DNA of 64,000 nt from Burkholderiales bacterium (GTDB lineage: Bacteria; Pseudomonadota; Gammaproteobacteria; Burkholderiales; Burkholderiaceae_E). Below the pieces are notes generated by a model that was not told the origin of the DNA, did not search any database, and saw only the letters and a program-made list of their open reading frames with translations. Positions within the stretch are counted from its first letter, which is position 1; the number at the start of each line of letters is the position of its first letter. The DNA lies in assembly GCA_037146935.1 (NCBI GenBank), contig JBAWWD010000019.1, positions 4,453 to 68,452 on the forward strand. The letters run 5' to 3'. A program made the position numbers and the translations under genes. Shown here one piece after another: positions 41,146 to 49,515 of the stretch.

Positions 41146-44100
41146 GCGCCCTCCTGCGAGGCGGCAAGACGGCGTCCGATACGCAGGGCGCTGTCGAAAT
41201 CCAGCGCCTCGATCGCCGCCTGCAGTTCCGCAAAGCCGCTGCGCTCACGCAGATCGGGGTGCGCGCGCAGGGAATCGAAGAGATCCACCGCGCGCATGTC
41301 GGACGCCTGCAGCAGCGCCAGCAGTTCGCTGAGCCGTTCCTCGCGGCCCGCCTCCGGACCGCCGGCAGACTCGGACACCGTCACCATGGGTGCGGGCTCG
41401 AAGGCCTTCGCGGCCGCCCAGCGCGACGCGACCAGCACCCGCTGCGCCGCGGCGTGCAACGCATCGAGCGCCGGCGCAGACACCTCTGGCGCCGCCTCGA
41501 GCGCCCGCTCGGCCTGAGTGGCGGCCAACTGCAGCCCGGAGGCACCGATCATGCCGGCCAAGCCCTTGAGGGTGTGGACCGAGAGCGAAACCTCGCGCCA
41601 TCGCCCCTCGCGCGCGCTGGTCTGCAACTGCGCGAGCTGCGCGGGCAGCTCGCGCAGGAAATCACGCAGCATGCGCTCATAGATGGCCGCGTTCCCGCCC
41701 AGTCGCTGCACCGAAGCCTCCACCGAGATCTCTGCCTCACGCGCCACGGCCACCAGATCAGGATCCAGCGACTGGGCTTCGGCGGCTGCCCCAAGGGCGC
41801 CCTGGTCTTCGCGACCGGTGTGACGGCGGATGATCGCCACCAGATCGCTCAGCTCGAAGGGCTTGCCCACGTGGTCATTCATGCCCGCGGCCAGACAGGC
41901 ATCGCGATCCGAGCTCATGGCATTGGCGGTCATGGCGATGATCGGCAGGCCGGCATGCTCCGGGTGCCTGCGGATGCGCTCCGTGGCGCCAAAGCCATCC
42001 ATCACCGGCATCTGCAGGTCCATGAGCACCGCATCGAAGGCCGGGCGGGCCGCGAAGACCGCCTCGACGCCGCGCTCACCGTTGTCGGCAAGCGTCACCA
42101 GCGCCCCCTCGGCGACCAGCAGTTCCCTGGCGACCTGCTGGTTGTTCGGGTTGTCCTCCACCACCAGCAGACGCAGACCGCTCAGGCGCCCGCTGGCGAG
42201 CGGCGCCGGCAACGACGCCTGACGGTCGATGCCGAGCCGGGCGTCGGCCACGGCATCGAGGAGCATGGCAGCCGTGAGGGGCTTGACCAGGAAACCGCCC
42301 AGGGCTGCCTGCTCGGACACGCTGCGCTGGGCGAGCATCTCCCGATCATGCGCGGTGACCATCATCACCAGGGTGGCGCCGGAGCGCGCTGCCTGGCGCA
42401 GGCGCAGGCCGGTCTCCCAGCCGTCCATGCCGGGCATCTGCCAGTCCACCAGCGCGATGTCATAGGGCTCCCCCCGGTCGGCCTGCTCGGCGGCAAGGCG
42501 CAAGGCCTCTGCGCCATCGGAAGCCGCATCGGCATGCCAGCCCAGCGAGCGCGACATCTCGCACAGGATGTCGCGCGCGGTGGCGTTGTCGTCCACCACC
42601 AGAACTCGCAGGGCCGACAGGCCCGTGCAAGCCACCGGCACCATCGGCTCGGCGGCCTCCTGTGGCGGGCGGTCCAGGCGGATGCGGAAATGGAAGTCGC
42701 TGCCACGACCGGGCTCGCTGTCGACCTCGATGTGGCCGCCCATGAGTTCGATCAGACGCTGACTGATGGCCAGCCCGAGACCCGTGCCCCCGAAGCGACG
42801 GGTGGTGGAGGACTCGGCCTGCGAGAAGCCGCTGAAGATCTGCTGCTGCTGCGCCGGCGCGATCCCGATGCCCGAATCACGCACGCTGAAGTCCACCTCG
42901 ACCTCGGTATCGGTGCGGGCGATCTCGCGCACGCGCACCACCACCTCGCCGCGCTCGGTGAACTTGATGGCATTGCCGCCAAGGTTGATCAGCACCTGCT
43001 GCAGACGCATGTCGTCACCGACCAGTGTGCGGGGCAGCCGGCGGTCGATGTCGAACAGCACCTCGAGGGGCTTGCCCCCCACGCTCGCCGACAGGATCAC
43101 CGAGAGGTGACGCATCATCTGGTCGAGCCGGAACGGCCGCCGGTCGAGGCTCATCATGTTGGCCTCGACCTTGGAGAAATCGAGGATGTCGTTGAGCAGC
43201 ATCAGCAGCGAGCGCGCGGCGCCCTCGGTCTTCACCGCATAGTCGCTCTGGCGACTGGTGAGCGCGGTGGCCTGCAGGAGCTTGAGCATGCCGAGCACGG
43301 CATTGAGCGGTGTGCGGATCTCGTGGCTCATGTTGGCCAGGAACTGGCTCTTGGCCTGATCGGCCATCTCGGCGGCCTCCTTGGCCTCGCGCAGCCCGAG
43401 CAGGTAATGCTGACGCTCCTCGATGAGCTGGGAGATCAGCGCCGAGATCGCCCGCAGGTCCTCGGCGTCATCCTCTCCGGGGGAGTGTCGCCCGGACTCA
43501 TCCGGCGCCGCATCGCCGGCCAAGGGCCCGCCATCTTCACGCGAGCGCATCTGCGCGGCAGTCTGGCGCAGCACCGCGAATGCGCTGGCGCGATTCTCGT
43601 TGGCCAGCCGCAGGTTCTCGGACATCTGGTTGAAACTGGCCACGAGCACGGCCAGCTCGCCCGGCGCCTTCACTTCCACGCGACCGCCGACCTCGCCACG
43701 AGCCAGTCGCGAGGCCGCATCGGCCAGGCCGATGATGGGCGCCGACAGATTGCGGGCCAGCACCGTCGACAGCGCGGCCGCGGTGGCCAGCACCAGCAGC
43801 ACCAGCACCATAAAGCCGGGCAGCGCGGTCTTGTAGTAGTCGGCCAGCAGCAGGCGATCGGGCACCGCATAGGCCACCCGCAGCAGCATCGACCCCGGCG
43901 CGATCGACAGGTCCCGCCATGCGAGCAGATCGGACTCCCGGCGCTGGAGTGCCACCTGGCCATCCGGCTTGGCCGCGGGAAAGTCGCGCCCGCTCAGACT
44001 GAGCAAGGGCTCGTCCGGCGCGAGCAGCACCTCCCCCTGCGGCCCGAAGAGCCACACCGGAGACCGGTCGAACAGCTTGACGGCCTTCAGCCGCGAGACG

Positions 44101-44765
44101 AAGCCATCCAGGCGCAGGCGAACCATCGCCACGCCGCTGAAGGCGCCGTTGTCGTAATCGAGCGAGGGCAGGCCTGCCAGCACGCTGAGCCGACCCGCCT
44201 CGTCGATGAACGGGCCCTCGACCATGATCTCGCGCGGCGGCATGAACCACTCCATGTTGCCGGCCGAGAGCAGCGCGGGCGTGGTCCGGATGCGGTCATA
44301 GAGCCGGGCGAAGTGCAGCGGCGTGGGTGGCGCGGCCTTCCCCTCGGCGGACGCGCCCGACTCGCCAAGGTCGGCGCGCGGGCTGCGGCGCTTGTCCTCG
44401 ACGCTGGCGACCACCTGCCGCTGGGCATCGACGAAATAGATGCCCGAGTAGACGTCGTAGTCGGTCTGCAGCCTCAGGAAGCTGGTCTCGAGCGTGCGGG
44501 CGTTGACGATGCGCTCGTCCTGCGAGGCCGAGAGGTACTGGAGCAGCGGCTCCGAGGCGGCGATCTGCTTGAGCGAGCGCTGCAGCCCCAGGCCGAACTC
44601 CTGCTCGAAGCTCGCCGCCAGGATGTCGATCTGCTGGGTGATGCTCTGCTCGGTGCGGGCCCGCGCCGAATCCTGGGTGTAGCTGTAGGAGATGTAGAAG
44701 ACCGGCGCCAGCAGCGCGGCGCCAACCAGGAAGAACGCGAACAGGAGCCGGTAGCGGATCGACAT
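41142..44765 (-). CDS. Hybrid sensor histidine kinase: TM, ~300-aa periplasmic dCache-like domain, TM, HAMP, HisKA, HATPase_c, REC, REC, Hpt
   Basis: 1207 aa. The H-box is [16 protein letters not shown], the N/G boxes are [12 protein letters not shown] and [10 protein letters not shown]. The two receivers are [11 protein letters not shown]...DWQMPGMDG and [11 protein letters not shown]...DLQMPVMDG. The Hpt motif is [16 protein letters not shown]. Confidence 0.95.
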   Translation of the reverse strand: MSIRYRLLFAFFLVGAALLAPVFYISYSYTQDSARARTEQSITQQIDILAASFEQEFGLGLQRSLKQIAASEPLLQYLSASQDERIVNARTLETSFLRLQTDYDVYSGIYFVDAQRQVVASVEDKRRSPRADLGESGASAEGKAAPPTPLHFARLYDRIRTTPALLSAGNMEWFMPPREIMVEGPFIDEAGRLSVLAGLPSLDYDNGAFSGVAMVRLRLDGFVSRLKAVKLFDRSPVWLFGPQGEVLLAPDEPLLSLSGRDFPAAKPDGQVALQRRESDLLAWRDLSIAPGSMLLRVAYAVPDRLLLADYYKTALPGFMVLVLLVLATAAALSTVLARNLSAPIIGLADAASRLARGEVGGRVEVKAPGELAVLVASFNQMSENLRLANENRASAFAVLRQTAAQMRSREDGGPLAGDAAPDESGRHSPGEDDAEDLRAISALISQLIEERQHYLLGLREAKEAAEMADQAKSQFLANMSHEIRTPLNAVLGMLKLLQATALTSRQSDYAVKTEGAARSLLMLLNDILDFSKVEANMMSLDRRPFRLDQMMRHLSVILSASVGGKPLEVLFDIDRRLPRTLVGDDMRLQQVLINLGGNAIKFTERGEVVVRVREIARTDTEVEVDFSVRDSGIGIAPAQQQQIFSGFSQAESSTTRRFGGTGLGLAISQRLIELMGGHIEVDSEPGRGSDFHFRIRLDRPPQEAAEPMVPVACTGLSALRVLVVDDNATARDILCEMSRSLGWHADAASDGAEALRLAAEQADRGEPYDIALVDWQMPGMDGWETGLRLRQAARSGATLVMMVTAHDREMLAQRSVSEQAALGGFLVKPLTAAMLLDAVADARLGIDRQASLPAPLASGRLSGLRLLVVEDNPNNQQVARELLVAEGALVTLADNGERGVEAVFAARPAFDAVLMDLQMPVMDGFGATERIRRHPEHAGLPIIAMTANAMSSDRDACLAAGMNDHVGKPFELSDLVAIIRRHTGREDQGALGAAAEAQSLDPDLVAVAREAEISVEASVQRLGGNAAIYERMLRDFLRELPAQLAQLQTSAREGRWREVSLSVHTLKGLAGMIGASGLQLAATQAERALEAAPEVSAPALDALHAAAQRVLVASRWAAAKAFEPAPMVTVSESAGGPEAGREERLSELLALLQASDMRAVDLFDSLRAHPDLRERSGFAELQAAIEALDFDSALRIGRRLAASQEGA

Positions 44766-44795
44766 CGGCTCAGCGCGCTCGCCGGGAGGGTCTGA

Positions 44796-45917
44796 TCATC
44801 GACGCGGCTTGAGCGCCGCCGAGGTCTCGACCACCTCGTCGATGAGGTACATGGCGTCCTCGAGCCGGATGCCCAGTTGCCGGGCACGGTTGCGATTGAC
44901 CAGGTAGGGGCCACGCTCGGGGGTGCGCACGGCCATGCGGGCGGGATTGAGGCCGCGCTCCAGGATGGCGTGCGCCATCTCGAAGGCCAGAAAGCCCTGA
45001 TTGAAGCCGGAGTCGTTGGCGGTGAGCAGCATGCCCTCGTAGACGAACTGGTCCTCGTGGGATGCCTCGGGGATGCGGATGGTGTTGAGGTACCAGCGAC
45101 CGACATCGAGCATATCGACGTGGTTGCCACGGGCATCACGCAAGGTGTCGTGGTTGAGCACCACGAAGGCGTCCACCTGCTTCGAAAGCGCGAGCGCCCG
45201 CGACTTGAACTCGTCCAGCGAATTGGTGAGCACCTTGTCGGTCAGCTTCAGGGGCAGGCTGCCGCGCTGCGCCAGCTGCTCGATCATCTTGGCGTTGGGG
45301 CGTGACGACTCCGAATCGCAGGCCAGGATCGCGAAGGTTCGCGCGGCCGGCACCAGGCGCTTGAGCAGATCGAGGCTTTCCTTGTGATAGCCCGACTGCC
45401 ACACCCCGGTGACGTTGCGCCCGGGCGCATCCATGTTGTCGACCAGGCCGTACTTGAGCGGCAGCCCGTTGATGCCCCAGAACACCACCGGCGTGGGCGT
45501 GTCGAGCAGCTGGCCACCGATGTACCGGGCCGCGTTGTCATCGCCCACCATGACGAGATCGGGCTTGAAGGCCTTGATGGCCGCCATGATGCGCGTGGTG
45601 GCATTGGCCATCTCGGGCGGCTTGTCGCGGCGCTTGGTGTCCATCCACTCCTTGTGGATGACCACCCGCGCGGTCTCGATGCCGTCATTGCGATCGAGCT
45701 GGCGAGCCTGTTCGTCGTTCTCGAGATAACCCAGCTTGCGCAGCGCCGCGCTCACGCCCCGCGCCGTGGACTGCGACCAGAGGTAGGTCTTGTGGTAGCT
45801 GCTGACGATGAAGATGCGCCGACGAGCGCTGGTGGCGCGCGCCACCCAGGGCGCGCCCAGTGCCGCGGCGCCGAGCAGCGCCCCGCCATGCACCAGCGCA
45901 CGGCGAGCGGTGGCCAT
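44796..45917 (-). CDS. Periplasmic binding protein of the ABC_sub_bind (BMP-like) family
   Basis: The signal peptide is MATARRALVHGGALLGAAALGAPWVARA. It has IFIVSSYHKTYLWS, PVVFWGINGLPLKYGLVDNMDAPGRNVTGVW and NRNRARQLGIRL. The ATG at 45917 shares one base with the upstream stop (TGATG). Confidence 0.8.
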   Translation of the reverse strand: MATARRALVHGGALLGAAALGAPWVARATSARRRIFIVSSYHKTYLWSQSTARGVSAALRKLGYLENDEQARQLDRNDGIETARVVIHKEWMDTKRRDKPPEMANATTRIMAAIKAFKPDLVMVGDDNAARYIGGQLLDTPTPVVFWGINGLPLKYGLVDNMDAPGRNVTGVWQSGYHKESLDLLKRLVPAARTFAILACDSESSRPNAKMIEQLAQRGSLPLKLTDKVLTNSLDEFKSRALALSKQVDAFVVLNHDTLRDARGNHVDMLDVGRWYLNTIRIPEASHEDQFVYEGMLLTANDSGFNQGFLAFEMAHAILERGLNPARMAVRTPERGPYLVNRNRARQLGIRLEDAMYLIDEVVETSAALKPRR

Positions 45918-47293
45918 CAGGCCACCTTCCGGCGGGCGCGCCAGCGGGCGAAGATCTCGTTGACCTGCGCCGAGTACATGTCGAGCGCGGCCTCGGGGGT
46001 CATCCGGCTGGAGGCGACATCGGCAAACATCTTGGGCACCAGCCAGGCCTTCCAGATCTCGTCGATGGCGCCGTTGGCGTAGCCGGGGTAGCCCACCCCG
46101 ACCGTCCACCTGTCGGCATCGGAAAAGATGGCGTACTTGTCGGGCGGCTGCGCCTTGGCGTCGCGGGCAATGAGCTGCTGCAGGTCAGGCACCAGCTGCG
46201 GATAGGTGGGGAAGTTGTAGAACTCGCTCGCCAGGAAGGCGCTGCGCGACGCGCCGGCCAGGTCGACCAGGAACTTCTTGGCGCCCTCGATGTTGCGGGC
46301 GAACTTCCAGATCGCGTAGGCATTCATGAGGTGCATCACACCCAGGGCCGACGCTGGCCCACGCGCCGGGCGGCCCAGCGCGATGCGGCTGGCGACCGGG
46401 ATCTTCTCGTTCTCGCCGGTGCGGGTGACCGAGATCGCATTCAGGGTGAGCGAGCCCTTGCCGGCCAGCATCTGCCGGTTGTTGGAAGAGGCATCCCACG
46501 AGAAGATCTCGTCGGTCATGGCGTCGGTGAACAACGCCTTGCCGTACTTCAGGGCCTCGAGCGTGTTGCGCGACTTCAGGCTCGGGCGGCCCTCGGCGTC
46601 CTGCACCCCGGCGCCGAAGGCGAGCAGGATGGATCGCAGCGCCATGCTGCTGTCGAGCTCATTGGACATGCCGATGCCCACCGGGATGCCATGCCGTTCC
46701 TTGATGCGGCGCCCGCCCTCGCGGATGGCATCCCAGGTGTCGGGCCTGATGCCCGCCTCGTCCCAGAGATCCTTGCGGTAGTTGACCGGGTCGGGCACAT
46801 AGCTGTCCGAGAACCCGAAGTACTTCTTCGTGGTGGGGTTGAAGGTGCTGCGGATCGCGATGTCCAGGGGCTTGCCGAAGCGGCGCTCGCACTCGGCGTA
46901 GATGTCGCGATGATCAATGACATGGTCTTCGTAGGACGCCGGCGGACTCAGGAACATGCACAGGTCGTGGCCCAGCTTCTTGGCGATCTCGGCCTCGGCC
47001 CGGCTCTCGATGCTGGTCATGCCCACGTTGGTGACGATGACCTCGGTGTCGTTCTTCTCCCCCCACTCGACCACGAATTTCCGGTTGAACCACTCGTCGA
47101 AGGCTGGCACGAAGTGGTTCCACTGCATGATCTTCAGGGTCTTGCGCCTGGCCTGGGCGCCAGCCAGGCGGGGCACACCCACCGAGGCGGCGAGCCCGAC
47201 CGAGCCCGTGGCCCGGACGAACCGGCGGCGCGACGCGCCTGGCGCGCAGGTGGGCGACAGCGGCGTCAACGAAGAGGGGGCAGCGGGCTTCAA
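45917..47293 (-). CDS. Extracellular solute-binding protein (family 1, sugar-type) with a Tat signal
   Basis: There is no in-frame ATG near the signal peptide. TTG at 47293 lies 7 nt after GGAGA and gives MKPAAPSSLTPLSPTCAPGASRRRFVRATGSVGLAASVGVPRLAGA. The mature part is SBP_bac_1-like. Confidence 0.75.
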   Translation of the reverse strand: MKPAAPSSLTPLSPTCAPGASRRRFVRATGSVGLAASVGVPRLAGAQARRKTLKIMQWNHFVPAFDEWFNRKFVVEWGEKNDTEVIVTNVGMTSIESRAEAEIAKKLGHDLCMFLSPPASYEDHVIDHRDIYAECERRFGKPLDIAIRSTFNPTTKKYFGFSDSYVPDPVNYRKDLWDEAGIRPDTWDAIREGGRRIKERHGIPVGIGMSNELDSSMALRSILLAFGAGVQDAEGRPSLKSRNTLEALKYGKALFTDAMTDEIFSWDASSNNRQMLAGKGSLTLNAISVTRTGENEKIPVASRIALGRPARGPASALGVMHLMNAYAIWKFARNIEGAKKFLVDLAGASRSAFLASEFYNFPTYPQLVPDLQQLIARDAKAQPPDKYAIFSDADRWTVGVGYPGYANGAIDEIWKAWLVPKMFADVASSRMTPEAALDMYSAQVNEIFARWRARRKVA

Positions 47294-47420
47294 GGCATGG
47301 TCTCCTGCGGGAACCCGTGGCCGAGTCCGCAGCGGCGGGCCGGGCGAGGAGCGTTGGCAATTCTTCGCCGAACGCCAGCCATGGTAAGCGGCCTCGGGTT
47401 GACGGACAACACGGCAGCGC

Positions 47421-48383
47421 TCAGCCGCGCCGCGAGGGCGCGCGCCTGCCAGGCCCTCGGCTTTCCGGCTGCGCGGGGCGCCCCGGCCCCGCCCACCGTG
47501 CCGATTCGGCCATGAGATGCGCCTGGAAGACCGTGGCAATCGGTGAGGGCTGCTTGCCCTTGCGGCGCACCACATGCCAGCGCGACTCGATCGGAAACCC
47601 GACCACATCCAGCACCGAGACGCCGTGCTCGGCTTGCTGCCCGTGCAGTGAGTGGCTGGAAACGATCGAGATGCCCATGCCGCCAGCGACGGCCTCCTTG
47701 ATGGCTTCGTTGCTGCCCAGTTCCAGACGCAGATCGGGCCTGAACTTCAGCCGACTGAAGTGTGCGTCGACCGCCATGCGCGTGCCGGAACCGCGCTCGC
47801 GCAGGATGAAGCGAAGGCCGGCGAGCGCGGCCAGGGGAATGCGCCGCCGCGCGGCCAGCGGATGGGACTGTGCCGCGATCACCACCAATGGGTTGGGCAT
47901 GAACACCGCATCGTCGAGGTCGATGTCGGTGGGCGGCATGGACATGATGTAGAGATCATCGAGGTTCTCCCTGAGCCGCTGCACCACGCCATCGCGGTTG
48001 AGCACCTCGAGCGCGATCTCGATCTCGGGGAAGCGCGTGCAGAAGCTGCCCAGCAGCCGCGGGACGAAATACTGGGCGGTGCTCACCACCGCCACGCGCA
48101 AGCGACCGCGGGCCAGGCCACGGGTGGCGTCGATCCGCTGCTCGAAGGCGGACCATTCATTGGCGATTGCACGGGCCGTGCGGGCGAGGTCTTGCCCGGC
48201 GTCGGTGAGATACACCCGCCGGGAGATCACCTCGTAGAGCGGCACCCCGACCGACTCGGTGATCTCGCGCAACTGCATGGACGCGGTGGGCTGCGTGACA
48301 TGCAGGGACCGCGCCGCACGACTGACGCTGCCCGTTTCCGCCAGGGCCAGGAACAGACGCAACTGACGAAACGTCACATTCAT
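47421..48383 (-). CDS. LysR-family regulator, CbbR-like
   Basis: It has MNVTFRQLRLFLALAETGSVSRAARSLHVTQPTASMQLREI, ERGSGTR, LGSNEAIKEAVAGGMGISIVSSHSL and WHVVRRKGKQPSP, which parallel CbbR motifs. Confidence 0.9.
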   Translation of the reverse strand: MNVTFRQLRLFLALAETGSVSRAARSLHVTQPTASMQLREITESVGVPLYEVISRRVYLTDAGQDLARTARAIANEWSAFEQRIDATRGLARGRLRVAVVSTAQYFVPRLLGSFCTRFPEIEIALEVLNRDGVVQRLRENLDDLYIMSMPPTDIDLDDAVFMPNPLVVIAAQSHPLAARRRIPLAALAGLRFILRERGSGTRMAVDAHFSRLKFRPDLRLELGSNEAIKEAVAGGMGISIVSSHSLHGQQAEHGVSVLDVVGFPIESRWHVVRRKGKQPSPIATVFQAHLMAESARWAGPGRPAQPESRGPGRRAPSRRG

Positions 48384-48397
48384 AGATTTTCTTCTAT
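48382..48397. promoter_or_regulatory. Candidate LysR-type operator in the divergent intergenic region
   Basis: ATAGA-N6-TCTAT is a perfect 5-bp inverted repeat in an AT-rich stretch. It overlaps the regulator's start codon and lies ~75 nt upstream of the permease ATG. Confidence 0.3.
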
Positions 48398-48470
48398 TTT
48401 TATGCCATCAAGAATCGATTTTACCTGATTGATTCACATCCCTAGCATGTGCGGACTTCAGGAGATCCCC

Positions 48471-49472
48471 ATGTCCAATCTGCTCGACCCCGCCATCCTC
48501 TTCTTCGTCTTCGGCGTCCTCGCGGGCGCGCTGCGCTCCAACCTCGAGATCCCGCCGGCGATCTCGAAGTTCCTGTCGCTGTATCTGCTGATGGCGCTCG
48601 GCCTGAAGGGCGGCTTCGCGCTCGGCGAATCCGCGTTGGGCGGCTCGGCGCTGCTGAGCCTGTGCGCCGCGGTGTTCATGGCCTTCCTGGTGCCGGCGCT
48701 GGGCTACAGCCTGTTGCGCAATCGGGTGCCGGCGCTCGATGCCGCCGCCATCGCCGCGTCGTACGGCTCCGTAAGCGCAGTGACCTTCGTGACGGCCATG
48801 CAGCACCTCGAGGCCCAGCAACTCAGCGCCGGCGGCCACATGGTGGTGGCCATGGTGCTGATGGAGTCGCCGGCGATCATCATGGCGGTGCTGCTGGCCA
48901 ACGGGCTGCGGCAGCGTCAGGCCGGCCCGCTGGTCGCCACCGCCGGCGGCGCGGCGGCGCTGGAAGCGCCTGGCGGCGGCGGCTCGCTCGGCCGGATCCT
49001 GCGCGAGTCGTTCACCGACGGCGCCCATCTGCTGCTGCTCGGCGCGATGACGGTGGGCTACCTCAGTGGCGACGCGGGCAAGGCCATGATGGCGCCGTTC
49101 TCCAGCGGCCTGTTCAAGGGCATGCTCGCGTTCTTCCTGCTGGACATGGGGCTGATGGTCGCGCGCAACCTGGGCGGGGTGCGCAGCCAGTCGCCGGCGC
49201 TGATCGCCTACGCAGTCCTGGGTCCGGTGATGCATGCCACGATCGCGCTGCTGCTGGCCATCCTGCTGCATCTGCCGGCAGGCGACGCCGCCCTGCTGAT
49301 GGTGCTGTCGGCAAGCGCCTCGTACATCGTGGTGCCGGCCGTGCTGCGCTATGCGATCCCGGAGGCCAACCCCTCGCTCTACTTCGGGCTGTCGCTGGGC
49401 GTGACCTTCCCGCTGAACATCCTGCTGGGCATTCCGCTCTACACCGCGCTTGCGCGTCAGGTGCTGGGCTGA
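48471..49472 (+). CDS. SbtA-like sodium-dependent bicarbonate transporter family permease
   Basis: The ATG at 48471 follows AGGAGA. It has MSNLLDPAILFFVFGVLAGALRSNLEIPPAISKFLSLYLLMALGLKGG and ~10 TM helices with an internal repeat. Confidence 0.75.
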   Translation: MSNLLDPAILFFVFGVLAGALRSNLEIPPAISKFLSLYLLMALGLKGGFALGESALGGSALLSLCAAVFMAFLVPALGYSLLRNRVPALDAAAIAASYGSVSAVTFVTAMQHLEAQQLSAGGHMVVAMVLMESPAIIMAVLLANGLRQRQAGPLVATAGGAAALEAPGGGGSLGRILRESFTDGAHLLLLGAMTVGYLSGDAGKAMMAPFSSGLFKGMLAFFLLDMGLMVARNLGGVRSQSPALIAYAVLGPVMHATIALLLAILLHLPAGDAALLMVLSASASYIVVPAVLRYAIPEANPSLYFGLSLGVTFPLNILLGIPLYTALARQVLG

Positions 49473-49515
49473 GGCAGACGGCCGCCAGGACCGATCGGAT
49501 AAAATCCCTGCCACC

